A stretch of DNA of 64,000 bases from Candidatus Cloacimonadales bacterium (GTDB lineage Bacteria; Cloacimonadota; Cloacimonadia; Cloacimonadales; JAFGVF01): assembly GCA_963663475.2 (NCBI GenBank), contig CAXXJV010000001.1, forward strand, positions 1 through 64,000, read 5' to 3'. Below the pieces are notes generated by a model. The model was not told where the DNA came from and searched no databases. It worked only from the letters and a program-made list of their open reading frames with translations. Shown here piece by piece: positions 47,884-57,781 of the stretch; positions within the stretch are counted from its first letter, which is position 1, and each line of letters starts with the position of its first letter. The translations under genes were made by a program, and so were the position numbers.

Positions 47884-50115
47884 TTATTTCTTCTTTTGAT
47901 TAATACTAGTATAAGCTTGCAGATTATATTTTTCGATTCTTCTAGTCATGGTAGAATTACTCATCATTAAGAATTTAGCAGCATCCCTCCGGATTCCTTT
48001 GAAACGTATTAAGGCTTTAATAATTTTTTCTCTTTCATCTTCATTATCTGCACATATAGAGTTTTTTTCACCAAAATTCAAGGAACATATTTCAGCAAGT
48101 AATTGAGCATCCCAGTAGTTACTTTGCCCAAGAATAAACATTTTTTCAATAATATTTTTTAGTTCTCTGACATTTCCTGGGAAGTTATAGTCTTGCAAGT
48201 AGCTTATAAAAGAAGAATGAATTTCGGGAGCTAGTTTTTTATGTTCATTGCAAAAGATGTTAATAAAGTGGTCTACGAGAAGAGGGATATCTTCTTTTCT
48301 GTCTCTGAGTGGAGGGATAACAATTTCTATAGTATTAATGCGGTAAAGGAGATCTAATCTAAATAAATCATTATTTACCAGATCAATAATATCTCTATTG
48401 GAAGAGGAAATTATTCTAGCATCAAAGCTAACCTCATTACAAGAACCTACAGGTATTACTTTTCTACTTTCTAGAACACGTAATAGTTTAGCTTGGAATC
48501 CAACAGGGATTTCTGATATTTCATCAATGAATAGAGTCCCCTTATGGGCTTTAAGAAAGAGTCCTTTTTCATCACTAATAGCTCCAGTATAAGAACCTTT
48601 TTTATGGCCAAAGAGTTCGCTTTCCATTAAACTTGAGGAGATTGCTGCAGCATTAATAGGGATAAAGGGGTAATCTTTTCTAGGACTAGCATTATGAATA
48701 AAGTTAGCAATAAGATCTTTCCCTGTGCCAGATTCCCCACGAAGTAAAACATTAGCATTTGGTTCTTTAGCAAGCAACAAAGCAGTCTGTAGAATTTTAC
48801 GGCTAGCTTGACTGACACCTACAAAGTCTCCCCTAGCAAACATGTTATTTGAGGAAGGAGTTTTATTAAATTTAGTAAAATCTAGATTTGTAATTTCATG
48901 AGAATTTTCTTGGTTTTTAAGTTTGTTTATATCTTTAAGTAAATCATCTTGGATCTTTTTCATTAAAGAGAAGCACTTCTTATAATCTTGCTTACTATCA
49001 TATAATTGGACAAGCTTTTCTCTAGCATGGCGAAAGTGTTCTTTAAGCTTGTATTTCTTGCTAGTCTTCAGACTTTTCAGGAATAAAATCTCAGCTCTAT
49101 CATATTCCCCTGTATCCATTAACATCTTGCCCAGATTGAGATAAATTTCTTGTTCAGCAACTATATCACCAATTTCTGAAGCAATTTTAACTGCTTTATC
49201 CATATCTGAAATTGCCTTATTGAAGTCACCCTTTAAAGCATGAGCAATTGCATAATTATTATACAAATCTAGGAGAAATTCGGGCACATTAAAGGTATTT
49301 TCTTGAGCAAGTTGTCTGCAAGTATCCAAATAACTGATGGCTTCTGTGAAAGAATTACTTTTTATTTTTAATACAGCTAAGTTAAAGACAACCTGGATTC
49401 TTTGAATCATCAACCCAAGATTTATACTAAGAGTGTTAGCCTCTAATAAGTGTTTTTCTGCTTCGGGAAAGCGTTTCAAATCTTGTAAAACTTTTGCTAG
49501 ACTTGTATCTAAAAGTAAAGTAAATTGCTGATTATCCTCTCTTTTGCTAATTTCCATTCCCATATAAAGATAGTTTAGTGCTTTGTCTAACTGCTTGTCT
49601 GATATATAAATATTAGCTAAACTTAATAATGATTGGAGCTTTATCTGGGATTCTCCCTGATTTGCTAAAATCTCTTGAACTTGCTTATGAAAATCTTCTG
49701 CTAACGCGAAATTGTTGAGTCTAAAATATGAATCACCTCTATAGGCCAAAACAGCAGCTAAGAGTAAACTATCCTCTGCTTGTCTAGCATTTTTTTCAGC
49801 AGTATCTAGATATAATTTTTCTTGCTTTAGATCATTACGGAAGCAAAGACTCAGTAAGAGATTGGCATGAACTAAGAAAAAATGATTATTATCTGAAATT
49901 GCCTTGGTCAGAATTTCCTTCAGTAGGGGTTCTGCTAACTCATAACGCCCAATCTTTGTATAGGCGTAAGCATCAATAAATAAGAAATGATTCTCAGAAA
50001 GACCTTCATATTTTTGTCTATAGTCCTGAGACTTTTGCAAATATTCCACAGGATTTTTATGACAGACATCTCTTAAAGTCTTAAATTTCTCTTCCAAATG
50101 ACTTGTTTTTTTCAT
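47884..50115 (-). CDS. TPR-domain sigma54-dependent enhancer-binding protein (Fis-type HTH)
   Basis: TPR repeats; GESGTGKD; ESELFGHKKGSYTGA; LFIDEI; FRLDLLYRI; FPGNVRELKN; start set at MKKTSH. Confidence 0.9.
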   Translation of the reverse strand: MKKTSHLEEKFKTLRDVCHKNPVEYLQKSQDYRQKYEGLSENHFLFIDAYAYTKIGRYELAEPLLKEILTKAISDNNHFFLVHANLLLSLCFRNDLKQEKLYLDTAEKNARQAEDSLLLAAVLAYRGDSYFRLNNFALAEDFHKQVQEILANQGESQIKLQSLLSLANIYISDKQLDKALNYLYMGMEISKREDNQQFTLLLDTSLAKVLQDLKRFPEAEKHLLEANTLSINLGLMIQRIQVVFNLAVLKIKSNSFTEAISYLDTCRQLAQENTFNVPEFLLDLYNNYAIAHALKGDFNKAISDMDKAVKIASEIGDIVAEQEIYLNLGKMLMDTGEYDRAEILFLKSLKTSKKYKLKEHFRHAREKLVQLYDSKQDYKKCFSLMKKIQDDLLKDINKLKNQENSHEITNLDFTKFNKTPSSNNMFARGDFVGVSQASRKILQTALLLAKEPNANVLLRGESGTGKDLIANFIHNASPRKDYPFIPINAAAISSSLMESELFGHKKGSYTGAISDEKGLFLKAHKGTLFIDEISEIPVGFQAKLLRVLESRKVIPVGSCNEVSFDARIISSSNRDIIDLVNNDLFRLDLLYRINTIEIVIPPLRDRKEDIPLLVDHFINIFCNEHKKLAPEIHSSFISYLQDYNFPGNVRELKNIIEKMFILGQSNYWDAQLLAEICSLNFGEKNSICADNEDEREKIIKALIRFKGIRRDAAKFLMMSNSTMTRRIEKYNLQAYTSINQKKK

Positions 50116-50221
50116 TTTTTCTTCCCTAATAAAATCTATATAAAAACAATTATCTCCAACTAAGGAGCAATCTGTCAAGTTTATTCTCACTTTCCCATGG
50201 ACTTCTTTACCCATTAAGGCC

Positions 50222-50585
50222 CACACAAGAAGACGGGGTGACGGGGAGAAAGAAGTTTTTCGCCTTTCGGCTCAAAGACGGGGTGACGGGACTAACTGGG
50301 AACGCGAGCATCCTTGCTCGCAGTAGGCAGTATAAAACAGCCTATAAAAGAAAGTTTTCTCCTTTCGGATCAAAGACGGAGAGACGGGACTAACTGGGAA
50401 CGCGAGCATCCTTGCTCGCAGTAGGCAGTTTCAAACTGCCTACAAAAGAAGTCTATCCACGGATTTCACGAATTTCACGGATTTTTTAAGAACCTTAACA
50501 CAGAGTTCACAGAGGTTACCACAGACTTTTAAGAAGGAAGATTCTTCACACAAATTACCACAAATTGAGACGAATTTCACGAATT
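50222..50585. repeat. Mosaic REP-like repeat cluster, inverted relative to 47700-47880
   Basis: Two copies of TAACTGGGAACGCGAGCATCCTTGCTCGCAGTAGGCAG plus CACAGAG/CACGAAT repeats. Confidence 0.8.
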
Positions 50586-50592
50586 ATTTTTT

Positions 50593-50987
50593 ACTAAAAG
50601 CAACAATATTAAGCTAATTACAGGTTCATTAAGTAAAGCTAAATGGCTATATGAAGGGAAAAAGCAAGAGCACTATGAAAATATGGAGAAAATAAAAGCC
50701 GAAGTCAATACAATCAACAAATTATTGACAGTTTACAAGACAATGATAATATGTATTTAGCTGTTAATAAAGTTAATAAAAACCATACTTTAAAAAGGGT
50801 TAAATATCATCATCTAGGTGATAAAGGTCTTAAAAAACACCTATTTACTATCTTCTTGGTTAAAGATGGTAAGATTGTTACCAGTCACTTAAAACCAGAG
50901 CCTAAGATATTGCCAAAGGTTAAAGATAAAGCAATAAAGGTTGTTAGTATTAATAATGGTAAACAAAGAATAATTAAGGAAGCTATC
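50593..50987 (+). pseudogene. Truncated, frameshifted copy of the MuF toxin-like tip
   Basis: Aligns with 5973-7457 from 'LTSKDVKTI...AEW'; 1-nt loss at the HxxKHG motif (~50685-50695); no MuF domain. Confidence 0.7.
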
Positions 50988-51380
50988 ATGAAAAAAGAAG
51001 ATTATTGGAATGAACATAACTCTTATGACAGCATTATAGCAGAGGTCGAGGATAACAAGAAGTGGTGTAACTATCCCATGAACTGCTTAGTAGATTGGTA
51101 TCATTATGTCCCCAGTGAGTTAGAAGATGATGAAGACTGGCATTGGGAATTAGATAGATCTATTCCTGCCCGTTATGATATTCATACCCTGATCATGAAT
51201 GACTACAACTTCACCCAAGAAGAAAGAAAGCTAATAGAGAGAACTGATAAAAAACTCTTAGATAACATAGATTATTACTTTAAGAAGATTAGAGTTATAA
51301 GCCCTGATGAACTATCAGAGTTTTTGATTTGGTTGCAGGATGCTAGAGTAGCAGAGAAGAATGAAGAATCTCACTCATAA
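50988..51380 (+). CDS. Orphan immunity-like protein (MKKEDYWNEHNSY...), paralogue of 7032-7457
   Basis: AAGGAAG before ATG; near-identical protein to the C-terminal part of the prophage MuF ORF; frame is also open from 50751. Confidence 0.6.
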   Translation: MKKEDYWNEHNSYDSIIAEVEDNKKWCNYPMNCLVDWYHYVPSELEDDEDWHWELDRSIPARYDIHTLIMNDYNFTQEERKLIERTDKKLLDNIDYYFKKIRVISPDELSEFLIWLQDARVAEKNEESHS

Positions 51381-51675
51381 GTTCACTAATCACACAAAGG
51401 AGTTGATAGAAAGATAGTAGAAAATCTATAAACCACCTGAAAAGGATAAATACCTAAACCTAGGTAAAAGCCTGACTTATGATACCAAAGAATAGTCATG
51501 TAGCAAAAACCTGTCTCCCAGAGTAATTATGCTAGGCCAGGATTTTTACCCTCTTAAGATCTAGTAAATTTTTTTTATAAGTGTCATTTATCACTAATAC
51601 CTTTTGTTTTTACACAATCTGGCCCACCACCTGCAGACATAAAAGCCTTTACTAAATCTGCTTTTTCCCTATAAG

Positions 51676-51755
51676 CATCCTTATACCTTCCTTTACAGTC
51701 TTTCGATGAAACCTGGACTTTCATCGAAAGACTGTAAAGGAAGGATTAAGAATGG
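51676..51755. repeat. Second copy of the long palindrome, with the loop inverted (CCTGGAC)
   Basis: Perfect 26-bp arms at 51686-51711 and 51719-51744. Confidence 0.8.
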
Positions 51756-52089
51756 TAAGAGGATTTTTACGGATAATTATCAGGTTTGATGAGAAATTAT
51801 CTTGTACAGAATAGGGAGAGTAAACAATCCCCTTTCAGCTCTTTATCTCTAATGTAAATATCCCTAACACAGAGTTCACAGAGGTTAAGAGGAATTTCAC
51901 AGAGTTTTTAAGAACTAACTAAACTCTAAAATCTTAAATTATTATCATACTCATGTTTTTGTGTCTCTTGTGTGATTCTCTTAATTCCCCTTTCAGCTCG
52001 TAAGAGTGGTATGTGAGGGGATTGTTTACTCTCTCCAGCTATATAAGTAAGTTTCTTTGTACTTATTATAAAGCTCATTAATTCTCCTC

Positions 52090-54534
52090 TTATTTATATC
52101 TTTTCATCTTAACGTAGTCTTCTCTTCTAAATTGAATAATATCTTTCACAAAAAATGTAATTTCTTTGTTATATTTTTCTATTAGTTCTAAGTCCTCTTT
52201 GTTGAGTTCTAGATAAAAGCTTTTGTTTTCCCAATCGTAATTAAAGAGAGATTTTGGGTTTTTAGATAAATAGTATATAGGATTTCTTTCAGCTAAAGAT
52301 GCCCAGTCTTTATCAGTCCATTTTTCATAATCACGATTACTATTATTTGTAAGGTCATGAGAATTTATTGCAGATTTGTAGAAGAGCTTAAAGCTAGCAA
52401 CGATATTATCGAGGCTAATTCGAGTTTGTAGTTTATCTTTTTGGATGAGAGAAAGAATTGTAGGCATTTTATAAAGCTTAGTCATAGAAGTTTTTTCGAT
52501 TTCTATTAATAGTTTAGCCAGATTAGACTCTATCAAATCAGAGAAAATTTGATTATCAGGAAAGATTAAGTGAAGGAAATTTAGCCAAGACCCAAATTTT
52601 TTAATGTAGATTTTGCCTGGGAAATCAGAAGCAGAGTTAAATTCACTTAAGGAATAAGGGTTATTTAAGCTTTCTTGCAATTCCTTATAGTTACTAATAA
52701 GTTTTTCTTTGATATTGATTTTTTTAGCACGGAGAATTGCAAAGATATCTATCAACTGAGTATCTATATCTAAACTACAACCAACTGGAAGTTTTTCAAG
52801 AGTTTGTTCAAGTGTAAAGCTTGCTTTATCTTTATCTTCATTCAAATCCCGAGGGGTAAAACCTGACAGATATGCTAGTTTAAGATGGCTATTTTTATAA
52901 TTTCCTACTAAATCAATAACAGTTAGATGTTTTTTATTTGGATTGGTTCTGAGTCCTCTACCGAGTTGCTGGATAAAGATAGTAAAGGATTCGGTTGGTC
53001 TTAAGAACATTACTGTATCAATTTGGGGAATATCAATACCTTCGTTAAAGATATCAACAACACACAGAATATCTATATCTCCCTTAGAGAATTTACTAAT
53101 AAGTTGTGAGCGATTAGGGCTATTAGAATGCAGTGCATAAGCCTTGATATTTTCCTTTCTAAATTGTTCAGCAGTATAATTGGCATGCCTGATAGAACAA
53201 CAGAAGGCTAGAGTATGTTTGCCAGCCTTTTCTCGATAATTTTTAATAATATTATCACTTCTTTTCTTAACTAAAAAAGCATTTTCGAGAGCATTCAAAT
53301 CATATTTTCCTGAACGCCAGGGGATATTTTCATAATCAACATCATCATAAATAGCGTAGTAAGAAAAGGGGACTAACCAGCCATTATTGATAGCTGTTAT
53401 GAAGTTACATTCAAAGGGGATGTTATAATCACAGTATTGATAAATATCTTTATTATCAAGTCTATCAGGAGTAGCAGTAAGTCCAAGCAGAAATTTAGGT
53501 TTAAAGTAATCGAGGAAATTTAAATAAGAAGGAGCTGCTGAATGGTGAAATTCATCAACAATAATATAATCAAAATAATCAGGGGTAAAGATATCGTTAT
53601 TATGATATATTGATTTACCCAGAGTAGAAATTGAACCAAAAATTATATCTTTATCAGTATCTTTCCTATTAGCTTTGAAGTAACCAAAGCTAGCACTTGG
53701 TCTAATTTTTTTAAAGGTAGCATAAGCTTGATCTAGAATCTCTTCACGGTGGGCAATGAAAAGAACTCGTCTAAAGTTTTTAGAGTCAAAAGCTGAAAGA
53801 AAGGTCTTACCCAATCCAGTTGCCATAATTATAAGAGCTTTATCAATTCCTTCTTGCCTAGCCCTGTCTAATTCATATAAAGCTGGAACTTGGCATTTTA
53901 TTGGTTTGTAATTACTTTTAGTCAATTGTTCTGGAAGGGTGTTATCTTCAGCTAGCTCTTCAACAGGATTATCAGAAGAGCTTGGTTCAACAGAATATTG
54001 AAAATCACTATTTTTTAGTGGTTTATATTCAATGAGATATTTATAAAGCCATTCATCACTAGGAGTGAAAGAGTAGTTTTCGTAAATATCATCATACTGG
54101 GATAAAAAGTCATTAATAACCTCTTTCTCATCAATGATAATATTCCATTCAAGTCCAGTGGTTAATGCTGATTTTGACAGGTTAGAAGATCCGATAATCA
54201 TCTGCTCATTTTCTTCTATAAATTTAAAATAATAACCCTTGATATGGAAAGATGTTTTTAACTTATCATGATCAAATATTGCTAATGATAAGTTATCTTC
54301 TTTTAATGATTTAAGTTTATATAAGGCAACAGGTTCAGTAACATTTAAATAGGTACTTGTAAGGATGCTGATCTTTGCCTTGTTCTTCAAAGCATATTTT
54401 AAGTAGTTGAATAATAGTTCAACCCCTGAATTCTTAATAAAGGAAACACAAAAAATGATTTCTTTAGCTGATGCTAGCTTCTCTTTCAAGATTGTCTCTA
54501 GAGATTTTTTACTGGAGTTGGTGATTGCTTCCAT
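52090..54534 (-). CDS. PLD (HKD) nuclease + SF2 DEAD/DEAH helicase fusion (SauUSI/NgoFVII-like restriction-type enzyme)
   Basis: 'FHIKGY...IIGSSNLS'; 'MATGLGKT'; 'DEFHH'; 'GLTATP'; 'QQLGRGLR'. Confidence 0.9.
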   Translation of the reverse strand: MEAITNSSKKSLETILKEKLASAKEIIFCVSFIKNSGVELLFNYLKYALKNKAKISILTSTYLNVTEPVALYKLKSLKEDNLSLAIFDHDKLKTSFHIKGYYFKFIEENEQMIIGSSNLSKSALTTGLEWNIIIDEKEVINDFLSQYDDIYENYSFTPSDEWLYKYLIEYKPLKNSDFQYSVEPSSSDNPVEELAEDNTLPEQLTKSNYKPIKCQVPALYELDRARQEGIDKALIIMATGLGKTFLSAFDSKNFRRVLFIAHREEILDQAYATFKKIRPSASFGYFKANRKDTDKDIIFGSISTLGKSIYHNNDIFTPDYFDYIIVDEFHHSAAPSYLNFLDYFKPKFLLGLTATPDRLDNKDIYQYCDYNIPFECNFITAINNGWLVPFSYYAIYDDVDYENIPWRSGKYDLNALENAFLVKKRSDNIIKNYREKAGKHTLAFCCSIRHANYTAEQFRKENIKAYALHSNSPNRSQLISKFSKGDIDILCVVDIFNEGIDIPQIDTVMFLRPTESFTIFIQQLGRGLRTNPNKKHLTVIDLVGNYKNSHLKLAYLSGFTPRDLNEDKDKASFTLEQTLEKLPVGCSLDIDTQLIDIFAILRAKKINIKEKLISNYKELQESLNNPYSLSEFNSASDFPGKIYIKKFGSWLNFLHLIFPDNQIFSDLIESNLAKLLIEIEKTSMTKLYKMPTILSLIQKDKLQTRISLDNIVASFKLFYKSAINSHDLTNNSNRDYEKWTDKDWASLAERNPIYYLSKNPKSLFNYDWENKSFYLELNKEDLELIEKYNKEITFFVKDIIQFRREDYVKMKRYK

Positions 54535-54542
54535 ATTGTTTA

Positions 54543-55115
54543 TTATTTCCTTAGCAAGACATTAAGCCATTTTTCATTTTCTCTTCCAGGACGTTTATCT
54601 TGAGAAATTGTATATTCTACAAGCGTGAAACCAATGTTTCGATAATTGAGAGATTCAAATTTTTCTTCTGTATAATCACAAAAGAAACGTCCATTTCTAA
54701 ATTCTTCTTGTGTACCATATTTAAGCGAAAGGAAAAAATAAGCATTAGTTTTTAAAGCTCGATAGACATTGGATAGTGCTTGGGGCATTTCACTTGCAGG
54801 AATATGAAGAAGAGAGGCACAAGCCCAAGCCCCTACAAATCTTTCATGATATTTAATATCAGCTATTTTTTCATTTGAAATAGGTATTTTGAGATATTGT
54901 GTAGCTAGGTCTGCTAGTTTCTGAGCAGGCTCTAAGGCAAGAACCTTATAACCTTTTTCCATAAAGACCTTAGAATCTCTACCTGAACCACAACCAATAT
55001 CTAATACCTCGCCTGAAGAAGGAAGGAAGGAAAGAAAATAATTTTGCAATTTACTCATATCCACATCTACAGTGGAAGAAAAATATTCTTCAGCTTTTTG
55101 ATTATAGTAGTTCAT
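54543..55115 (-). CDS. Class I SAM-dependent methyltransferase (TehB-like)
   Basis: 'VLDIGCGSGRD', 'AWACASLLH'; start set at MNYYNQ. Confidence 0.9.
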   Translation of the reverse strand: MNYYNQKAEEYFSSTVDVDMSKLQNYFLSFLPSSGEVLDIGCGSGRDSKVFMEKGYKVLALEPAQKLADLATQYLKIPISNEKIADIKYHERFVGAWACASLLHIPASEMPQALSNVYRALKTNAYFFLSLKYGTQEEFRNGRFFCDYTEEKFESLNYRNIGFTLVEYTISQDKRPGRENEKWLNVLLRK

Positions 55116-55201
55116 ATAATAGTCCCAAATAGATAATTTAAGGCCCATACACAGGTAACTACTTCTTTTTTATGTAGACTTAGGGGTTTAGAGATAAACA
55201 T
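55112..55201 (-). CDS. 29-aa leader ORF (MFISKPLSLHKKEVVTCVWALNYLFGTII) coupled to the methyltransferase
   Basis: AAGGAG RBS; its TGA overlaps the methyltransferase ATG (ATGA). Confidence 0.4.
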   Translation of the reverse strand: MFISKPLSLHKKEVVTCVWALNYLFGTII

Positions 55202-55435
55202 GTTTTAAAGCTCCTTTGCTTTTTTTATCAGGATATTAATCTTTATTTTTTTGTAAAGAAAAAACTAAAATTCAGTGATAAGATAGCTAAGTTGTTTCTT
55301 AGTTCTTAGTATAATTTAGTGGAAAGGATTAAGTATTAGGTTGGACCTTATTGTTGTATTTGAGTAAGTAGACTCTATATTGGATAAGAGATATGAGATA
55401 TGTGCTAAATGGTTTTGGCAGAGAAAGTAAAAAGA

Positions 55436-55820
55436 CTTGCACCACAAAGGATCAAAGACACGAAGAAGAAGATTTTCTAATATCTCTTGTTGTTGTAGGC
55501 AGTTTTAAAACTGCCTACTGCGAGCAAGGATGCTCGCGTTCCCAGTTAAATTGCGAGCAAGGATGCTCACGTTCCCAGTTAGATTGCGAGCAAGGATGCT
55601 CGCGTTCCCAGTTAGAATCTTCTTTCTCTCAGTCTCTCTATCTCTTTATCTCTCTATCTCTCCGTATTTGAGTCAAAAGGCGGAAATCTTCTTATTCGTG
55701 TTTTATTTGTGTTTATTTGTGGCTGAACTCTTCTTCTTATCTGTGTTTTTTGTGGCTTACTTTTTCATCTCAAAACTCTGTGTAACTCTGTGGTAACCTC
55801 TGTGAACTCTGTGTTAAGGA
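55436..55820. repeat. Mosaic REP-like repeat cluster including three tandem TGCGAGCAAGGATGCTCRCGTTCCCAGTTA units
   Basis: Direct sequence; shares blocks with 47700-47880. Confidence 0.8.
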
Positions 55821-55837
55821 CTTTTTCTTCTTGACAC

Positions 55838-56342
55838 CTGCGTAAACGCGGGCTGGAATCCCGCGACCCAATCCGTAACCACTTTATTATCTGCGTAAAC
55901 GCGGGCTGGAATCCCGCGACCCAATCCGTAACCACTTTATTATCTGCGTAAACGCGGGCTGGAATCCCGCGACCCAATCCCATAACCGCTTGTCATCTGC
56001 GTAAACGCGGGCTGGAATCCCGCGACACAATCCCATAACCGCTTGTCATCTGCGTAAAGGCGGGCTGGAATCCCGCGACCCAATCCCATAACCGCTTGTC
56101 ACCTGCGTAAACGCGGGCTGGAATCCCGCGACCCAATCCAGTAACCACTTTATTATCTGCGTAACCGCGGGCTGGAATCCCGCGACACAATCCCATAACC
56201 GCTTGTCATCTGCGTAAAGGCGGGCTGGAATCCCGCGACCCAATCCGTAACCACTTTATTATCTGCGTAAACGCGGGCTGGAATCCCGCGACCCAATCCC
56301 ATAACCGCTTGTCATCTGCGTAAAGGCGGGCTGGAATCCCGC
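55838..56342. repeat. Tandem array of ten ~53-bp units with palindrome CGCGGGCTGGAATCCCGCG and two alternating linker types
   Basis: Unit starts at 55838, 55891, 55944, 55997, 56050, 56103, 56157, 56210, 56263, 56316. Confidence 0.9.
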
Positions 56343-56567
56343 TGAGCGAGCCAATTCGCGTTAATTCGTGTAAAGAATCGTGTCAAGTACCAATATAGTG
56401 GACACCTTTTTTATGTATCCTGAGTCATGTATCTCTTTTGAAAAATGAGACATTTACTCATACTTTTGAGTTCTGTTGTCGACTCCATTTTGCATTCGTA
56501 ATTTAGTCGCATTTTCCAAAAGAAAATACATTCAGCTAAGTATCTGTTCATCATCTGGTAACCTCTT

Positions 56568-57353
56568 TTAATGATTTGCAAAATCATTTGGAGTAAAATA
56601 CCCCAAACTTTTGTGAAGTCTCTGAGAGTTATAGATCATTACTGCATCTTTAGTAGCTTTTTTAAGACTTTCTATAGTGCTAAATGTCCGATTTAAACCA
56701 AATTCATGCTTCATTGTGCAGTTTATTCTTTCAGCAATAGGGTTATCATAGCATTTACCATCACCAGTCATACTAATCTTTATACCATGCTTTTTCAGAA
56801 GGCTAATAGTCTCATTACTTGTATATTGAGAACCATGATCTGAATGATGAATAAGATCGTTAGCATTATCAACATGGTTTAGCTGTCTTTTTAACATCCT
56901 TATATGATTATCAGTCAACATATTAGAAGAAACTTCATAATCCAATATCTGTCTAGTATACATATCACTTAGCAAAAACAAATAATAAAACCCTTTGCCT
57001 TTAGAAATATAAGTAATATCAGTTACCCAAACTTGATTTTTCCTCTTTACTTCGGTATCTTTAAGTAAATTAGGATATACCTTACTACCATCTGATATTG
57101 AAGTTTTGCAATATTTCTTCTTCTTCCTGATCAACATATTATGTTCTTTAAGCAGGCAGTTAAGATGATTTCTCCCAATTTTAAAACCATCATTATGTAG
57201 CATTTTCCAACATTTATAAGTGCCTGCATAAGGCTGAATTTTTCTATATTGTTTAACTCTGGAAAGACATAGGGAGTCATTTGTAGAACTCTGGGAGACA
57301 GTTTGAAGATATTTATAGTAACCTGATTTAGATACTTGTAATAAACTACACAT
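56568..57353 (-). CDS. IS3 transposase OrfB (DDE integrase core), probably expressed as an OrfAB fusion
   Basis: 'WVTDITY', 'HHSDHGSQY', 'CYDNPIAERIN..MKHE', 'YNSQRLHKSLG'; -1 frame open from the slippery site. Confidence 0.93.
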   Translation of the reverse strand: MCSLLQVSKSGYYKYLQTVSQSSTNDSLCLSRVKQYRKIQPYAGTYKCWKMLHNDGFKIGRNHLNCLLKEHNMLIRKKKKYCKTSISDGSKVYPNLLKDTEVKRKNQVWVTDITYISKGKGFYYLFLLSDMYTRQILDYEVSSNMLTDNHIRMLKRQLNHVDNANDLIHHSDHGSQYTSNETISLLKKHGIKISMTGDGKCYDNPIAERINCTMKHEFGLNRTFSTIESLKKATKDAVMIYNSQRLHKSLGYFTPNDFANH

Positions 57354-57358
57354 TTGGC

Positions 57359-57781
57359 TTATTCCTGACCTTTTAGCAACCTTGAAATCAAGAGTTTCTG
57401 AGTATCTTCTGATAAACCTGAATCGATCTTTTTTTTTAAATCAATACCATTTTGTTCTGCAATATAATGAATATATTTCTCTAGAACTTCGTTGGAGAAC
57501 TGACTATCTTCTAATGCTCGTTTTAACTGCTTATTCTCTTTCCTTAAAAGGTCAGATTCACGTATTTCTCTATCGGTCATAACTACCACCTTTTTTCCCA
57601 CTCGTTCATTCATACCATAATTGGCAACCCATCTACTCACATTGCTATCTGAAATATTGTAAAGTCTACAAGCTCCAGCTTGAGTTAAATCTCCCTTCTC
57701 TATTTCGTCAACAACTTTAATTTTAAAACTTTCACTATAGGTCTTTTGAATCTTATGAGTCATATTCTTTTTTCTTTCCAT
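57359..57781 (-). CDS. IS3 transposase OrfA (HTH)
   Basis: 'YSESFKIKVV...ACRLYNIS..NVSRWV', leucine zipper, 'LKKK' slippery region. Confidence 0.9.
   Translation of the reverse strand: MERKKNMTHKIQKTYSESFKIKVVDEIEKGDLTQAGACRLYNISDSNVSRWVANYGMNERVGKKVVVMTDREIRESDLLRKENKQLKRALEDSQFSNEVLEKYIHYIAEQNGIDLKKKIDSGLSEDTQKLLISRLLKGQE

Noticed and set aside
50717-51380. Diversity-generating retroelement TR/VR pair with 6761-7420
   Set aside because: Mismatches involve all bases, many at third codon positions, not adenine-specific; no reverse transcriptase present
55393-56243. ORF-track ORFs 55393, 55530, 55765, 55993 and 56046
   Set aside because: They are translations of repeat DNA, with no convincing RBS
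55838-56342. CRISPR array
   Set aside because: Inter-repeat segments are only 16 bp and of two recurring types; no cas genes in the window
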